DNA from: the human T2T-CHM13v2.0 reference genome, Homo sapiens
Length of the DNA stretch: 64,000 bases
Assembly (NCBI RefSeq): GCF_009914755.1
Contig: NC_060925.1
Reading direction: 5' to 3' (one strand)
In this document: positions 1 through 14,981 of the stretch, piece after piece
How positions within the stretch are numbered: the stretch's first letter is position 1
Layout: each line of letters begins with the position of its first letter
Notes under the pieces: model-generated
Told to the model about the DNA's origin: nothing
The model's database searches: none
What the model saw: only the letters and a program-made list of their open reading frames with translations
Program-made: the position numbers and the translations under genes

Positions 1-96
1 TTTTAAACCAGCTACTCAGCTTGCTTGTCAAATTCATATTTTCCAAACAAAAATTAAATAAGGCTTATCTGATAGTTGGTAGTTGACAATATTATT

Positions 97-406
97 GGTG
101 GTGGTGGTGTTATTTATTTATTTTGAGACAAGATTTCACTCTGTCATCCAGGGTGGAGTACAATGGCACAATCACTACTCACTACAACCTTGAGTTTCCG
201 GGCTCAAGGGATCCTCCCACCTCAGTCTCCTGAGTAGTCGGAACTACAAGGTGCATACCACCACACCCAGCTAATTGTTTAATTTTTTATGGAGACACAG
301 TCTCACTTTGTTGCATAGTCTGGTCTCAAACTCCTGGCCTCAAGTGATCCTTCTGCCTTGGCCTCCCAAAGTGCTGAGATTATAGGCATGAGCCACCAAG
401 CCAAGC
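97..406 (-). mobile_element. AluJ
   Basis: AluJ-type reverse complement (ggctcaagggatcctcccacctcag); degenerate TSD tgacaatattatt / tgacagtgttatt; (ggt)n and (ttta)n in the tail. Confidence 0.9.
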
Positions 407-832
407 TGACAGTGTTATTTCATACCACCGATGATACTTCAGAGACCCATCAACTCTGACTATACATTTCAACCAAAAGTTTTGTTCTCATTTATTTTAT
501 GCCAAATTAGAAAATTATTTCCTACTTCTTATGTAGTTTGCAAGATCACAGAAGAATCTGAAAGTAACACAGTATTGTACTTTGAGTTAATTTCTATGTA
601 TGGAGGTATCAGGTATACTGTTTTGACCCAGAATTCCCAAAATTCTTTTGAGAGATTAGAAAGGAAAATTAGTAGAATGGGTGAAGTCAGCAGGTCTGTG
701 TTGACAGAGATTATTTTAATTTGAAAAAAACAGTCGGCTGGTATTATTAAGTGGAAAAAATGTGGATCCTTTCATTTTTTAAAGATAATTTTTCATTACA
801 TTAAAAAATTCAAGTAAAATGCAAGGTGACCC

Positions 833-1356
833 TTAATAAGGTAGCTTTCTTACCTGTCATATTAGTAAGATTTACAAAGCTGCCAACACACCATTTTCAC
901 AGTTATGGGAAACAGACATACTCATATATTGTTATGAGCGAATACAGTCAGTTCTGCCATAGTTCAACATATATGTTCCTTGGCTGTGTTAGGCAAAATT
1001 GCACCATAAAAAACACAGAGCTTGTGAGAAAAATGAGATTAGGAGCACAACACTCAAAAACTTCATCAGTGACACAAAATTTAAGACCCTAATAAAAATT
1101 GTGGCACAGTTTTTAAAATACATGTTAAATGGCTAAGTACATGAATGGCTAAATAAAATAAACATGGTACTTTACCTTGAAAAAGACCTGAACTTTGCTT
1201 GTGGAAGTGGGCCCTAGAAGGGTTGCACCTTGTGAGTTAATAAGGTACCTTTCTTACCTATCATATTAATAAGATTTAAAAAGCTGCCAACACAGTGTTT
1301 TCATAGTTATGGGAAAACAGACATATTCATATACCATTATAAAGGAATAGTCAGTT
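833..1356 (+). repeat. Diverged ~120-bp direct repeat (833-955 and 1237-1356)
   Basis: taataaggta(g/c)ctttcttacct(g/a)tcatatta(g/a)taagattta(c/a)aaagctgccaacaca...agttatgggaaa(a)cagacata...tcagtt occurs twice. Confidence 0.9.
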
Positions 1357-1747
1357 GTCCTATAATAAAGAAGAGATAGTTCTTGTCCTCCAGGAACTCA
1401 AAGTCAGGCATATGCAACTCAAAATCTTCCATATTGGAAAGTGGTAGAGAAAGGTTATTCAAAATGGGTTGGAAACTTGTAACAATGAATGTGAATGGTT
1501 GTGGCTTGTGACACATGTGAGCTCATACCTCTGTAAGCTGAGGTGGATGTAGGAGGTACGTGTGATTTGTATATGCCTACCCTGCTCTGTTTAGCTAGGT
1601 ACAGTTTTCTACATTTATCTGCTTTCTTGAGGATAAAATCAAGCATAAACAAATACAAAATTTGTGTTATGTCCAAATTGTTCCCAATATGTCAATTGTG
1701 TTGTAACAAATTCAAATTTCAAAGTTAGTGTAATAGCAGAACTAATG
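945..1747. mobile_element. TcMar-Tigger-like DNA transposon remnant
   Basis: TA then cagtcagttctgccat (945-960) and an inverted counterpart atagcagaactaatg (1733-1747); the host L1 resumes immediately after. Confidence 0.6.
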
Positions 1748-2174
1748 AGTTGGTATAACTTTTATGGAGAATAATTTGGAAAAAATATACAAAATTTTAA
1801 ATGTACATGCCCTTTTAAAAATCTGCAAACTCTAGTTATCCTAAAGATAAATAACGACTTATGCAAAATGATGTATTTACAAGGATATTCATTGCAGCAG
1901 TTTTTTTTGTCATAAAAAAAGATCATAAGCATCCTAAATGTCTATTCATAGATGAGTGGTAAAATAAGTTCTGGTTCATGCATTCTGAGAATTACCGTGC
2001 TGCTGTTAAAGAAAACCACTTATACAAACTGATGTGTAATGTTCTTCAAGATATGTTAAAAAAAAAAAAAGTAGGGTTTAGAATAGTATGTATAACATGC
2101 TATCACTGGCACAAAAATATAATATATCCTTGTGTATCTCTATGAACAGATTAACACTGAGGCATATGCTAGTA

Positions 2175-2310
2175 TCTTGATATGCCAGACTCTGAGTTCC
2201 TTAAGGACAAGAACTGTATTTTATTTATCACTCTGTCTTCAACAGGTAGCATAGTGCCTAGCTCATATTAGGTGCATGATAAGGATATATTGAATGGGAT
2301 AGATGAATGT
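2175..2310 (+). mobile_element. L2 3' end fragment
   Basis: tgagttccttaaggacaagaactgt...agcatagtgcctagc...tattgaatg matches the L2 3' terminus pattern. Confidence 0.6.
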
Positions 2311-2811
2311 GTCTTAACATTCATGTCTCAGAAAATATGATAAACACAATTCTAAATGTAAAATTGAGGATTATTCTAAGGTATCGTTTGTGTTACTATT
2401 TTTTTTCAAGCAATGACTTATGCTTAGAACATTACTGCATTTTCAGATTTTGATTTAAATATATCTATTGAGGTCATGCCGCCACTGGGACATATCCATA
2501 GTAGAAAACAACTGATGAAGAGCCATTGGAGAAAGGGCTAACAGGACAAAGAGCAGAGTTGGCATTAGGAGGCATTATTTAAGTTCTGTGTTTCTCCAAA
2601 GGACAAAAATAGAACTAATGGATGTAGAAGATATAGGGAGACAGATTTCAGCTTAATATAAGAGCATACCAATAGGTATTAACAATTTAAAGAGCAGTGT
2701 CTTAAAGACTTTTGGTGGTGGTTATGCAGAGATTGCTATCAGGATTAATGGAAGGAGGAAGCATGGTGAAATTGAGAGATCAGTAGTCATTTTTAAGAAT
2801 CAGGCAGATCT

Positions 2812-3123
2812 GGCTGGGCGCAGTGGCTCACACCTATAATCCCAGGCACTTTGGGAGGCCAAGGCAGGCAGATCATGAGGTCAGGAGTTCAAGACCAGCC
2901 TGATAAATATGGTGAAACCCCCGTCTCTACTAAAAATACAAAAATTAGATGGCGTGGTGGTGCACGACTGTAATCCCAGCTAATCAGGAGGCTGAGGCAG
3001 GAGAATCTCTTGAACCCAGGAGGTGGAGGCTTCCGTGAGCCGAGATTGTGCCATTGCACTTCAGCCTGGGCGACAGAGTGAGACTCCGTCTCAAAGAAAA
3101 AAAAAAAAAAAAACAGGAAAAGA
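2812..3123 (+). mobile_element. AluS (Sg-like) inserted in a MIR (~2760-3320)
   Basis: Full Alu with A-tail; TSD aagaatcaggcagat at 2795-2809 and 3124-3138; MIR core (tgtgaccttgagcaag) follows. Confidence 0.93.
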
Positions 3124-3599
3124 AAGAATCAGGCAGATTAGGTTTGAGTGCTCTGCCACTTAGGGACTATTGTGACCTTGAGCAAGAAACATAACCTTTT
3201 AAATTTCCTTAACTATGAAATAGGGATAATTAAATGTATCTCATGGGATTGCTGTAAGGATTGAGAAAAGGTAAAGTACCCTACTTCATGTTATGTTAAG
3301 CCCTCAATAAATGGTGACAATTGCCATTGAAATAGGAATACTTTTTTAGGTAGAAGGTATATGGTATTTGGTTTCTAAGGTCCTTTTTCAACCTGATATT
3401 TCCTAAGTTTTATTTTACCTATTTTAAGTAAGAAACATTTATACATCTGTGTTTCAATTGTATTATACCAAAAATATAATTTCTGAATTGTGAGAAATTG
3501 TTTATTAAATGCCTATATAACAATCATGCTTAATGTATGTTTTAATTATTAAGAGATGATTTGCATTTAATTATCTAAGGTCGACTACCACAGTAGAGA

Positions 3600-4135
3600 C
3601 TGTAACAGCCATGATTCCTTCAGTAAAACAGAAATTCACTATGCATTTCAGTGAGGGACTATAACATAGAGAATTGGTTACATAGGTGTCAGAGGATTGA
3701 ATGAGCAAAAGTGAGAGCTCTGAGGTAACTGAGTGATAATAACTGCTGAAAGCAGCTAACACTTCTGGAACTGGAGAAGTAAAGAAGAACAGGGGACCTG
3801 CAGACTGGGACTCAAAGACCTGAGGAGATGGTCCTGCCTGGCGGCTGTTGCTACCTGTAAAGAATTAGTATGAAACTTGAACCTGGAACCCAACAGTTGT
3901 GGCCAAGGGCAAAGCATTGTTGCTTGTAGGACACCTACAGCAATATCAAGTAAACAGGGAACACATTTGTCATGCTTTCTAGTCTCCCTCTAGTGTTCCT
4001 TATTGGCAGAACCTAGCAGGAAGCCAGATGGCAAATGGGAAATACAGTTTTCAGATCCTCAGCCCTAGGATCACAAAGCAGAGTATAAAAGGGTAAATTT
4101 GGAATTAAGACACAATAGCTTGACAAATGCACAGA
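3600..4135. mobile_element. Old MaLR LTR (MLT1-like)
   Basis: TG...CA-bounded block of ~530 bp, richer in G+C than its flanks, with MLT1-like motifs; highly diverged. Confidence 0.4.
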
Positions 4136-6290
4136 GACATCTGTGTAGAATATCTCATATTTTAACACCAAATTTATGTATTTTTCATATAGAAAATTTG
4201 CATTTTAAAATGTTTTTGTCTAGAAGGAATTTGCGTGTACATATACTTTCCATCAATAATTTAAGATGTGTTCCTTTCAGAAAGGATGACTGAGTTCACT
4301 AAGAATTCCACATAATTTGCTTTTCTCCCCACAACCCCCAACTCTTGCTGAAAATTTGATATAAACCCTCATGAATCTCTAGGAAACCTTTTCCTTCTTT
4401 ATTGCATGTGATTCTTCCAGGAATTAAGATTTGCAGAATGTAACATGAATTAAAAATTAAATTTGAAATATTTGCAGTCATATGTTTATTGTTACTGAGT
4501 AAAATTGCTAGTGTGGCTTCAGTTTCTTGCAGTTAAAGCAGGGTGGACTTGTAGAGCTGAGGCTGTTTCTATGATTTAAAAGATACTGTGTTAAAAAAAT
4601 ATATTCTTATTCTTCTTTGCTAAAGTGAGCCAATAGATTGCAACTGTATTTTTGATTAAATATAGTTTGATATTTTTGCAAATTATTTTTTTAAAAGATA
4701 CTAGTATTCACAGCAAATGTGCAGACGTAACTAAGACATCCCCACACCTCTGTTACAACTAGATATGTTCATTCGATTTTGGTAGTTATACAGTTCCCAG
4801 TGAAGTCACCAATGTTTATTGGCCCCTTCCTTCACTGAGATACGTTCATGGGTTCTGATGAGAAATACTTGTAATTATTCTAAGAGCATGCTTTAGCATG
4901 CAACCTTGGTAAAAATATGGTAGGATCATACTCTTAAAACATCTTTTCTTTTGTCTGAGTGCAGGCATTAGGTAAATTATGTCACACACAGCACTGCAGT
5001 GATTTATAGAAGTTAAATAAATGTTCGTAAGTAATCTTAATACCTTTAAAATATTTTGGGAGGTAAGGTTTTACATTATGAAAATATTCTGAGCATTTTA
5101 TAAAATTATTCAACATTTATACTTTGGTTATAGTTTTTGTTAAATAGGAAATATCTAATTATATAAAAAACGGGATATATTGGCAGAGTTTCTTAATAGG
5201 AGTTCTTTTTGATGTTTCCTTTCATCTCATTAGTTACAAGGTTTAAATTCTATGCCCTAAGTTCATTGGCATTTCACAGGTAGACTTTTTGCTGCTATTT
5301 TCCAACTTTAGATGTGTGAAGCCTGTACTACAGCCTCTGGATGAATGGCAACATAAAACTAGGGTCTTCAATTACCAGCTTAAAAAAAGAAGATATTAAA
5401 TATAAATATCAGAAAACTTGATTATAAACACTATTGATGGGAAGAAAAAAAAAACTTGATTAAAATATCCTGAATTGTAAGGGGACCCATTCATTAAGAT
5501 ATTGATTATAATAGTGAAATTTAAAGTCAACTGGTTTTTCTAATTTATGTTAATCATAATTAACCCTCCATAACATTGTAATACATGTTGGTAATAGTCT
5601 GAAGCAGACTGTTGTATGTATAGAAACAATTTCTTCATATTTTTAACTACCTGAAAATATGAGTAAGTTAACAGTAGTTGAGAGTAGTACAGATTTTTGG
5701 TTTTGAAATACCATTAGAATAGCAGTGTCACTTTTTAAGCACTGTGCAGCTTCCTGTGTTATTCCCTTCTTTGTCCAACTGTTACTTTTTCTTATGAGAG
5801 GCTTCCACACCCTATTTGGTATCCACTTTCTTTTTATCAAATAAAGATAATTGCATAATGAAACTACTGTGATTTCATGCCCTAACTTATTCACTGTCTT
5901 TGAGTTTCATAAGATAAGCACTATAATTAAAGTCATTTTACCAACAATTAGTGGGAAGGAAGCATACAGTGGACAACATGTTTTAAAATCATAGAAAGGA
6001 GGAATGCATGATTTTAGAAATCTGAATGAGAACTCATAGCATGTAGAGCTCAAATTATTCTTCCTCAACTAGCAGCAGATCAAAATAGGTGGTGGTATAG
6101 TTTGAAAAAGCATATTTAACATTATCACATAATTTTATACTGGGAAAATGAAAATAAAAAAGATGATGTTTTGTAATACAGTCCACATGAGTAAGGTTTG
6201 ATAACTGGTGGGAGTGAGTAGTTACAGATTCTCAACTGAGAAGGGTGGCAAAAAAAAGGCTTTTATATTTATCAGAATGGGACATAGATG

Positions 6291-6608
<318 letters not shown>

Positions 6609-7654
6609 TAAGAAATGCTACCTTAGATTGTATCTGGATATCTTCTGGTATTAATTGTTGCCTCCCTTTCCTGTCTCACAGGTCTGTCATAAGATTTATT
6701 TTAAAGTTTAAACCAAGTTCTAGCCTAACAATAGAGGGTAACTACTTTAAGTAGACAATTTCACGTACACTACTAGACAAGTGATTTTCATGTCAGGAGA
6801 ACTCCAAACTGAGACTCCCATCTAAGGTACATCTGGGCCACAATTTCTAAACTGTGTGCCAAGAAACTCAAATCCTCACAAAGGTGACTCAAGGCCAACT
6901 CAGAGCCAGGGGAGAAGCCTGCTGGTCTTCCAATCGCCCTTCAAATAATTTATGTTTTTTACTTAGTTTTCAAAAGACTTTACTGGGAGAAGAAAATAGT
7001 TTTACTGTCTTAAAAAAAATAATTTGGGTACCCATTGAAGAGTATCCCAACAAATAGCACCATTTTCTTTCTTGTGGCTGGCATAGCCAGTTGAGGACAT
7101 TCTGTTTTTTTAAAAGAGCGTTTCTCACTGTTTTCCCACATGAGACTGACAACATTGTTTTATTTACCAGGCTGTGAATAAACTGTAGAAAATTAGAAAG
7201 TGGATTAAAACCTTATTTTGGATATTTTAACAGTGGGTATATACCATATGTTAGATACATGTATACACACACGTTTTTGCAAACTCTAAATTTTGGGAGA
7301 ATAGCAACATATTCCTAAAGGAATTTCTAAAGAGCAGGTACTGGATAGTTGAAAAGAATTACAGGAAATGACTAGTGTAAAAACGGAAAAGCTGATATTT
7401 TTGAAATTTACTGCCACTGTTCTGTTATTATATTTGTACTAAAAATAAGTTTCTTCTAAAAAGTATAGTTTCTGATTTTTGTTTTTAATCTCTACTGAAA
7501 TCAGAGCCTACTTTATACAAAGGTAGTGAAACAAAGTTTACCCTAGTGTTCTATTCCTGGTTGAAATAACCAGATGCACTTAGTTTTAGACATGAGGAAC
7601 AAACTTTCCCAAGTGTTATCTTTTTATCTTAATATTTTAATAAATAGTTATATA

Positions 7655-7795
7655 AATATTAGCAAATCTAATCCAGCAGTGTTTTAAAATAATAAATCTG
7701 GACCAAGTAGCATTTATCCCTGGAATGCAGGGATGGTTTAGTATTAGGAATTATACCTAATATAATTTAGTAGATTAGCAGACTAAAGAAAATAT
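7655..7795 (+). mobile_element. Old L1 ORF2 fragment
   Basis: gaccaagtagcatttatccctggaatgcagggatggttt encodes [13 protein letters not shown], the L1 [15 protein letters not shown] motif. Confidence 0.75.
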
Positions 7796-8871
7796 TATGT
7801 GAGTCATAAACCATGTATGGGCACTTTTGCCACATAGGTGCAATGTTTTAACAGTCAAAAATAACCACCTTCTTTTAATAGTGTCATGTGAATTATTCTT
7901 TTTTTGCATTAGAATTTCTACACATGGTTTCTGTTACTATTGTACTGTTATTCTAAACATTTGTTTGATTTTAAGTCTTTATATCTTTTCTTAATGTCAT
8001 TCAGCAGGGCGTCAATAGTAATTCTGAAAAATATTGTCCCAGAAATCAGTAACTTTGGGGAAAAAGTTAATTATGGTAAAATGTAGTGAAGAAAACCAAA
8101 CAAATTGATGTTAAATGAGAGACAAAATTGTACAAAATATTAGTGATAAAGCTGAGAAAAGGCAACAGTAAAACAAAAATGTTGCAGCGATTATAGATTT
8201 TTGTGCTCTCACACCATGTCATGTACAGTTTCTTTTTCCTATGGGAAAATTAATACTCAATACTGAGTTTTGACTTATGTGAAATCTACAGGAATAAATA
8301 CTTTTCATACAAGAACAAAAAGAAGAGGTACCTAATTTAGCTAGAGCAGGACAGGAGGATGATGGTAGGGAAAATGACTAGAAAAATTTATCCAGATGAG
8401 GAAGTCAAAGCTTCAGAAGGTGAGTAAACATATTCAAGGACACTTACAAATGGATAAAGTCGAAGTTTAAGTGTGTTGGTCTTAGGAGTAGAATTGAGTA
8501 TGACTCTATAGTATGCTTACTACTTATTTTGGTTTCTTGCCCAGAAGAAAGGTATTTCGGTAAAAAGGAAAGCAAATTTGTATACAGTTTTCCTTTCAAA
8601 TGCAGAAGAAGCAAAACACGCTAGCACTTACAAATATTAATTTCAGCTTGCTCTTATCTGTGTTTTTGCCAGTTTGTAGGACTTGCTAAAAAAAATTACA
8701 CAGCCCTGGGGTCCTTAGCTAACCAACACATTCTTGTTACTGACCAGGATATGCTGGTTGACTGTTTTACCATGTGCGTTAAATTAGGAGAAAAAGATAT
8801 ACAAGTTCATTTGGCTTTTATGTGCACAGAATCTTTTCAAATTGTAAAAATAAAATTACCTATCCACTGGA

Positions 8872-9096
<225 letters not shown>

Positions 9097-9535
9097 TCAT
9101 TCATATACACAGACATGCATGCACACGCACACACGCACACACACATGCCTCTCCACTTGAAATAAAAATAAGTTAATTCAGTATTTTGAAGAAATCAGAG
9201 TATTTGACTTAGTAATATTTCTTTCCAGATTTTTTCTAAGTAACAAAGAAATTTATTTGTATATTGTGATATGATTAATCCTTCAGTTAATCTAAGTTTA
9301 GCCATATAATGCTTTCTTTCTACTTTGTCTCTTACTCGAATAATAAGAAAGAAAAAATTTCACAGACAAATATTTCTGTTCTTCCAGTGTCCTGAATACA
9401 GAGTAGGACTGTAAGAATTTTAACTAATTCTTATTATGGGGTATTATGCAAAGCAAAACTATACTGAGAGTCAGTTGTTTTATTCTCAGGTTCTGTAAAC
9501 TGAGACTAAGTTGTTTGGTTCTTTAAGTCTCAGTA

Positions 9536-9836
9536 TTGTTTTGTGTTTCGTTTTGAGATGGAGTCTTGCTCTGTTGCCCAGGCTGGAGTACAGTGGCCTG
9601 ATCTCAGCTCACTGAAGCCTTGATCTCCTGAGGTTAAGCGATCCTTTCACCTCAGCCTCCTGAGTAGCTGGGGCCATAGACTCACGCCCCCACACCCAGC
9701 TAATTTTTGTATTTTTTTGTGGTGACAGGGTTTTGCCATGTTTCCCAGGCTAGTCTTGAGCTCCTGGCCTCAAGCAATCTGCCCGCCTCAGCCTCCCAAA
9801 GTGCTGGGATTTCAGGCATGTGCCACGTCACCTGGC
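9536..9836 (-). mobile_element. AluJ
   Basis: Full reverse Alu; TSD taagtctcagt on both sides. Confidence 0.9.
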
Positions 9837-9889
9837 TAAGTCTCAGTGTTCTTATCTCCAAAATGGGATAGGCCTATATCCGTGGAAAT

Positions 9890-10280
9890 ACTGCTGCTGC
9901 AGCCCTATTCCAGACCAACTAAATCAGAGTCTCTAGAGGCAAAACTCAGATATACATGTTTTCTAAAGTTTTCTGGATGATTCTCATGTTGGGAGTCATC
10001 GTTGAGAACCACTGAACTAGATTATTTATAAGATTCATTCTACTCAGAGTGTGGTCCACGGACTGGCTGCCAATATACCAACTGTTTATTGCCAGTCCTC
10101 AAGTACATGTGCAGCTAGCTTGTGCCAAAATGTAAATCAGCTAAAGCACTAGTGTGCTATTTAGTTTGGTTGCATTCTTTTTTTGGTAGCAAGACTATTG
10201 ATTAAGGAAATAGTAAATTTAATTTACACTTTGGTACAAGCTCCTTATTTGGTTTCAGACCAGCAGTTGGAGTAGCACTT
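9890..10280. mobile_element. hAT-Charlie fragments (MER5-like 9890-10015; Charlie-like 10040-10280)
   Basis: ccagaccaactaaatcagagtctct...ttgagaaccactg and tactcagagtgtggtccacggac...gagtagcact termini. Confidence 0.6.
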
Positions 10281-12117
10281 CTTTGAGTTCTTTCCTAGTT
10301 CTTAAATTCTGCGACTGAATATATAATATATGGTTGTTTAAAATCTGCTGATCTACAATGTTATTGCAATACTACTGAACATTATAATAAACAGAAGGTT
10401 GTTATTTAGATAATGGAAATGGAAGAATTTGGAAGGTTAAAAATGTTGGTGACAATTTTTTAAAGAAAAAATGAAATGTTTAGGTGCCAGTCTTCTAAAA
10501 TGGAAAAATGTTTCATTCAACCACCATATTATGACTAATATTTTATGGCATAATTTACTGGTTCAGTGCACCATTCTTTCTTTATTGTTGCAAGAGATAA
10601 TTGAATTACACATGGCTAATTATTAAAAATGATTGCAGGGCAGTTTTAAAATGTAAAAAATTCCATGTGATATTTAATAGGACTTCAATAGTGGTAGCTG
10701 AAGAAAATTAAGAAAATAATTGCTCTTAAATATATCAGTTAATCAGTAAACACTGTTCTGCAAATAATTCATATGGAAAGGATTGTTTATGAGTAGACTG
10801 ATAATACCAGGCTCACGAGAAAGTTTTGACTATTATAGAAAAACATTTAAAATTCATGGTATGATGTGAAACTTTTAACTTGTAACCTTTATTTTTGAAG
10901 ACAGTAGTATTAAAAACAGTGTTGGGTGAGAATTAATCTATTTTGGATATGTGTTTGTGTCAGGTCTCTTTCCCAGCCTTGTATAACTTTATTTGTTAAA
11001 GGACGAAAAAGAGACCTGAATATTATACTGCTGATTTAATACAAAGTTCATTCTGAACCCCCACTGTCAAAATAAATTAAGGTCAATTTTGATTTCTCTC
11101 AATACGTTTGAAACTCCCTTTTTTATTATTATGATTTCATTTATAGAATATTATAGGAAATTATTTGCTTTAAAAAGTACCTCAGGACAAGTATTCACAG
11201 ATTGTTCCAGATCAGCAGTTACAGCTCTTTACTATCAGAGATTAATTTACAATGTAATCAGGATTCTCCTTATTCATAGTCCTGCTTATTATCTACCTTG
11301 AGTTCTTGTTCTTAGTAAAAATGCATTGTTCTTTTTTCAATTATTTGGACAGTGAAGGTAAGCCTAATAACAGATATTGTTGGCCTAAAAAAACTATGAA
11401 ATGTATATATGGAACCCCAGTATAATTAAAAGTTTTGAATAGGCTATATGATGGGTTGACTCCACAGATTTTCTGGGTAAACAGCTGACTCAGTTAGACC
11501 ATGTGTGATTACTGTCCTTTGCAAAAAATAGTTTTCTTCCCTTTCATCTGACTCATTCTTAGTCTTTGGTTTTTCCTAATTCATTTAGTGTGTTGTAAAC
11601 CCCATCTTCCAATCATGATGAACCTCCAGATTAAAAAATAATAATGATAAATGCCATTGTTTAAATGTTTTAATAAATTGTAGAACCTGAGATTATATAT
11701 ATTTATGAATTGTTATGGATATTTTCAAAATATACATAAGTAGAATAGTAAAATATATCCCTACGTATTTATCACCAGGCTACAGAAATTACTGACCCAT
11801 GTCTAATCTTCTTCCATCTGTACCTTTCCCCACTGCAGTATATTTTAGACATGATTCCATTAATTCATAAATATTCCTCAAGGGAATTATCAAAACATAG
11901 TTGGTGAACTAGAATGGATGAGCTCCAAGAACCCCATTAGGTAATGAGGAATCTTTGCTAGAAAGAAATACGGAATTTCTGTTAGAGTTCAAAGACCATG
12001 TCACATAATAACTACATTACTTAGATTCTGTGCAGTGTATGAAATGCCTTCACAGCAGCTCCATAGTAAGAACCTGAAATTATCTTCTTTCTCTAATTCT
12101 TCTATATAAATTTTTAA

Positions 12118-12445
<328 letters not shown>

Positions 12446-13378
12446 TAAAGTGGTAAATTTTTTAGTTTGCATAATACTTTGACTTTTGTTGACTTAAAAT
12501 TCCTTATAGTGAATAACAGTATACCACCACAGTGAGCAATGATGAGCTTAATGAGGGACAGGAATGGAAAAATTACAGTTTTACTGGTTTAGAAGTTCAG
12601 ACACAGTAGCTAACATATTGTCTAATGAGTAATATTTTGCAAATATTGAGGATTATTAATTTTTAAATATAAAGATGTAGTAATAGTTCTTTGGTAAGTC
12701 TAAAAAATAAGTAGACCATCTACCCTTTTATTTGTTTCAAAGTGTCAAAACAAAAATAGAATCAATGGTGAGAATGGCTTTGATGAAATACCAGTGAGGA
12801 AGGTCACAGTAAATTATTATTTCATGACAAACAAAAATGTAAATTCTTTTACATTGCAAATATAATATTACAAGAGAATAGCAAATTTACAGTATACACT
12901 TGGAGAATCATTCTAAAGCAGTTGAAGTCTCCCCAACACCACACTTCAATTTTTTGTGATCTGTGGTCTCCAGAGTAACTATTATAAGTGGTTTTCCCAG
13001 ATTCTGGAGGGGAGAAAATAAATTAACAATGGATTGATAACTTTATTGTTCAAGCTATAGTAATTCTTTTCACTGTGAGATTTTACATAATTCACTAAAA
13101 TTACCCTTGTTTTGTAAATATGGAACCATTCAGCGAACTACTTTTGAAAATGCAAATATTGTACTCTAGCTAGTACAATGAGCTCTAGGAAATCAGAATC
13201 ACATTTTGAAAGAATCTTGAGGTTTCAAAGCCTTTCAAATTCTCTCAGTTGAGAAACTGTTACAGTGTAAACTATATGTACGAAGCTTTCCCTTTTAAAA
13301 GACAATAAAAAATAGTTTTGAATTGAAGAGTAATAGGATTAGTAATCTTTATAAAATTAAAGAGCCAGATATGCCCAT

Positions 13379-13886
13379 TGTTTTCAGCTAAATAATGGTT
13401 CCTTAAATATGTCCATATCTTAATCCCCAGAACCTGTGATTATGTCACTTTATATGGCAAAAAGGACTTTGTAGGTGTGATTAAATTAAGGATCTTGAGA
13501 TGGGGCGATTATCCTGGATTATGTAGGTAGTCTCAATGTAATTTCAAGTATCCTTATAAGAGGGAGGCAAGAGAATCAGAGTCCTAAAGAAATGTAATGA
13601 CAGAAGCAGGAGTCTTAGTCAGTGAGAGAGAGATTTTAAGATGCTGTGCAGCTGGAGGATGGAGGCTCAGTCCATGAGCCAAGGAATGAATGCAGGTGGC
13701 TCCCAGGAGCTAGAAAAGGATTTTAGGGAATGTATTTTCTTCTAGATCCTCCAGAAGGAACATAACCTAGCTGACACCTTGATTTTAGGACTTCTGACCT
13801 TTAGAACTCTTAAGATAATAAATTTGTTTTCCTATCAGCTAGTCATTTTGTCGTCATTTGTTACAGCAGCAGTAGGAACTAATTAA
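13379..13886 (+). mobile_element. MaLR solo LTR (MLT1D-like)
   Basis: ttaatccccagaacctgtga...ggcaaaaaggactttg...aaggatcttgagatgggg...ctgacaccttgattttagg...aataaatttg...tttgttacagcagcagtagga. Confidence 0.8.
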
Positions 13887-14414
13887 CCTATGAACAATTT
13901 TTAACCTATCGGTATTGTAAGTAGTACTTCTAATTATTCTTTTAAATATATCTTTCTTTGAAAAACTTATTCTTCTTTAGGATTCAGACTTTTCATGTAC
14001 TCAGGGAGAATAAATGAGTCCTGTTCTAAGTTACTTTTTTCTCTTGGAGATATCACATAGTTGAGTTCATGGCCTAGAAGATTTTCTGATGTTTGTACAT
14101 GCCCATGGGAGAATGTGTTATCATAATAATTTTTAGTATGCAGCCTCTTGACTTGATTTTTCACTTATAGTGTAGACCATAATATTTGTCAATTTCTTAT
14201 GCATCTACTGTGTATCCAGCATTGATATAGACATCTTCTGTACATAATACATTCCACAATAACCTTGCAAGTTTGGTATTATTTTTATTTTATAAGAAAG
14301 TATCCTAAGTATGACCCATTAGTTTGAAATAAATTAGTATTTGTTGTGTAAATCTTTACCTCCCAGTATTGTTGTTTAAGAATTAAAACAGGTTGTTCAG
14401 AGAAGACGAAAGAC

Positions 14415-14981
14415 TTTTTTTTTTTTTTAATTATTACTATACTCTAAGTTCTGGGATACATGTGCAAAACCTGCAGGTTTGTTACGTTAAGTATACACGT
14501 GCCATGGTGGTTTGCTGCATCCATCAACCCATCATCTACAATAGGTATTTCTCCTAATGCTATCCCTTTTCTAGTCTTCCACCCCCTGACAGGCCCCGAT
14601 GTGTGATGTTCCCCTCCCTGTGTCCATGTGTTCTCATTGTTCAACTCCCACTTATGAGTGAAAACATTGGTTTTCTGTTCTTGTTAGTTTGCTGAGAATG
14701 GTTTCCAGCTTCATCCATGTCCCTGCAAAAGACATGAATTCATCCTGTTTTATGGCCACATCATGGTGTATATGTGCCACAGTTTCTTTATCCAGTCTAT
14801 CATTGATGGGCATTTGGGTTGGTTCCAAGTCTTTGCTATTGTGAGCAGTGCTGCAATAAACATACATGTGCATGTGTCTTTATAGCACATGATTTATAAT
14901 CCGTTGGGTATATACCCAGTAATGGGATTGCTGGGTCAAATGGTATTTCTGGGTCTAGATCCTTGAGGAATTGCCACACTG
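14415..14981 (-). mobile_element. 5'-truncated L1PA (L1PA7/8-like) 3' end
   Basis: poly-T then L1PA 3'UTR/ORF2 end; TSD-like agac(g/c)aaagacttt on both sides. Confidence 0.92.

Larger units (their letters stand above)
790..2110 (+). mobile_element. Old L1 (L1ME-like) 3' region interrupted by a Tigger-like element
   Basis: L1 3' motifs (gggaaacagacatactcatatattg ... ttggtataacttttatggagaataatttgg ... aaggatattcattgcagc) continue across 945-1747. Confidence 0.6.

Noticed and set aside
13150-13180. Octamer atgcaaat next to the inverted repeat attgtact...agtacaat
   Set aside because: Order and spacing do not match the canonical SOX-OCT or SOXE-dimer elements; an 8-bp stem is within chance.
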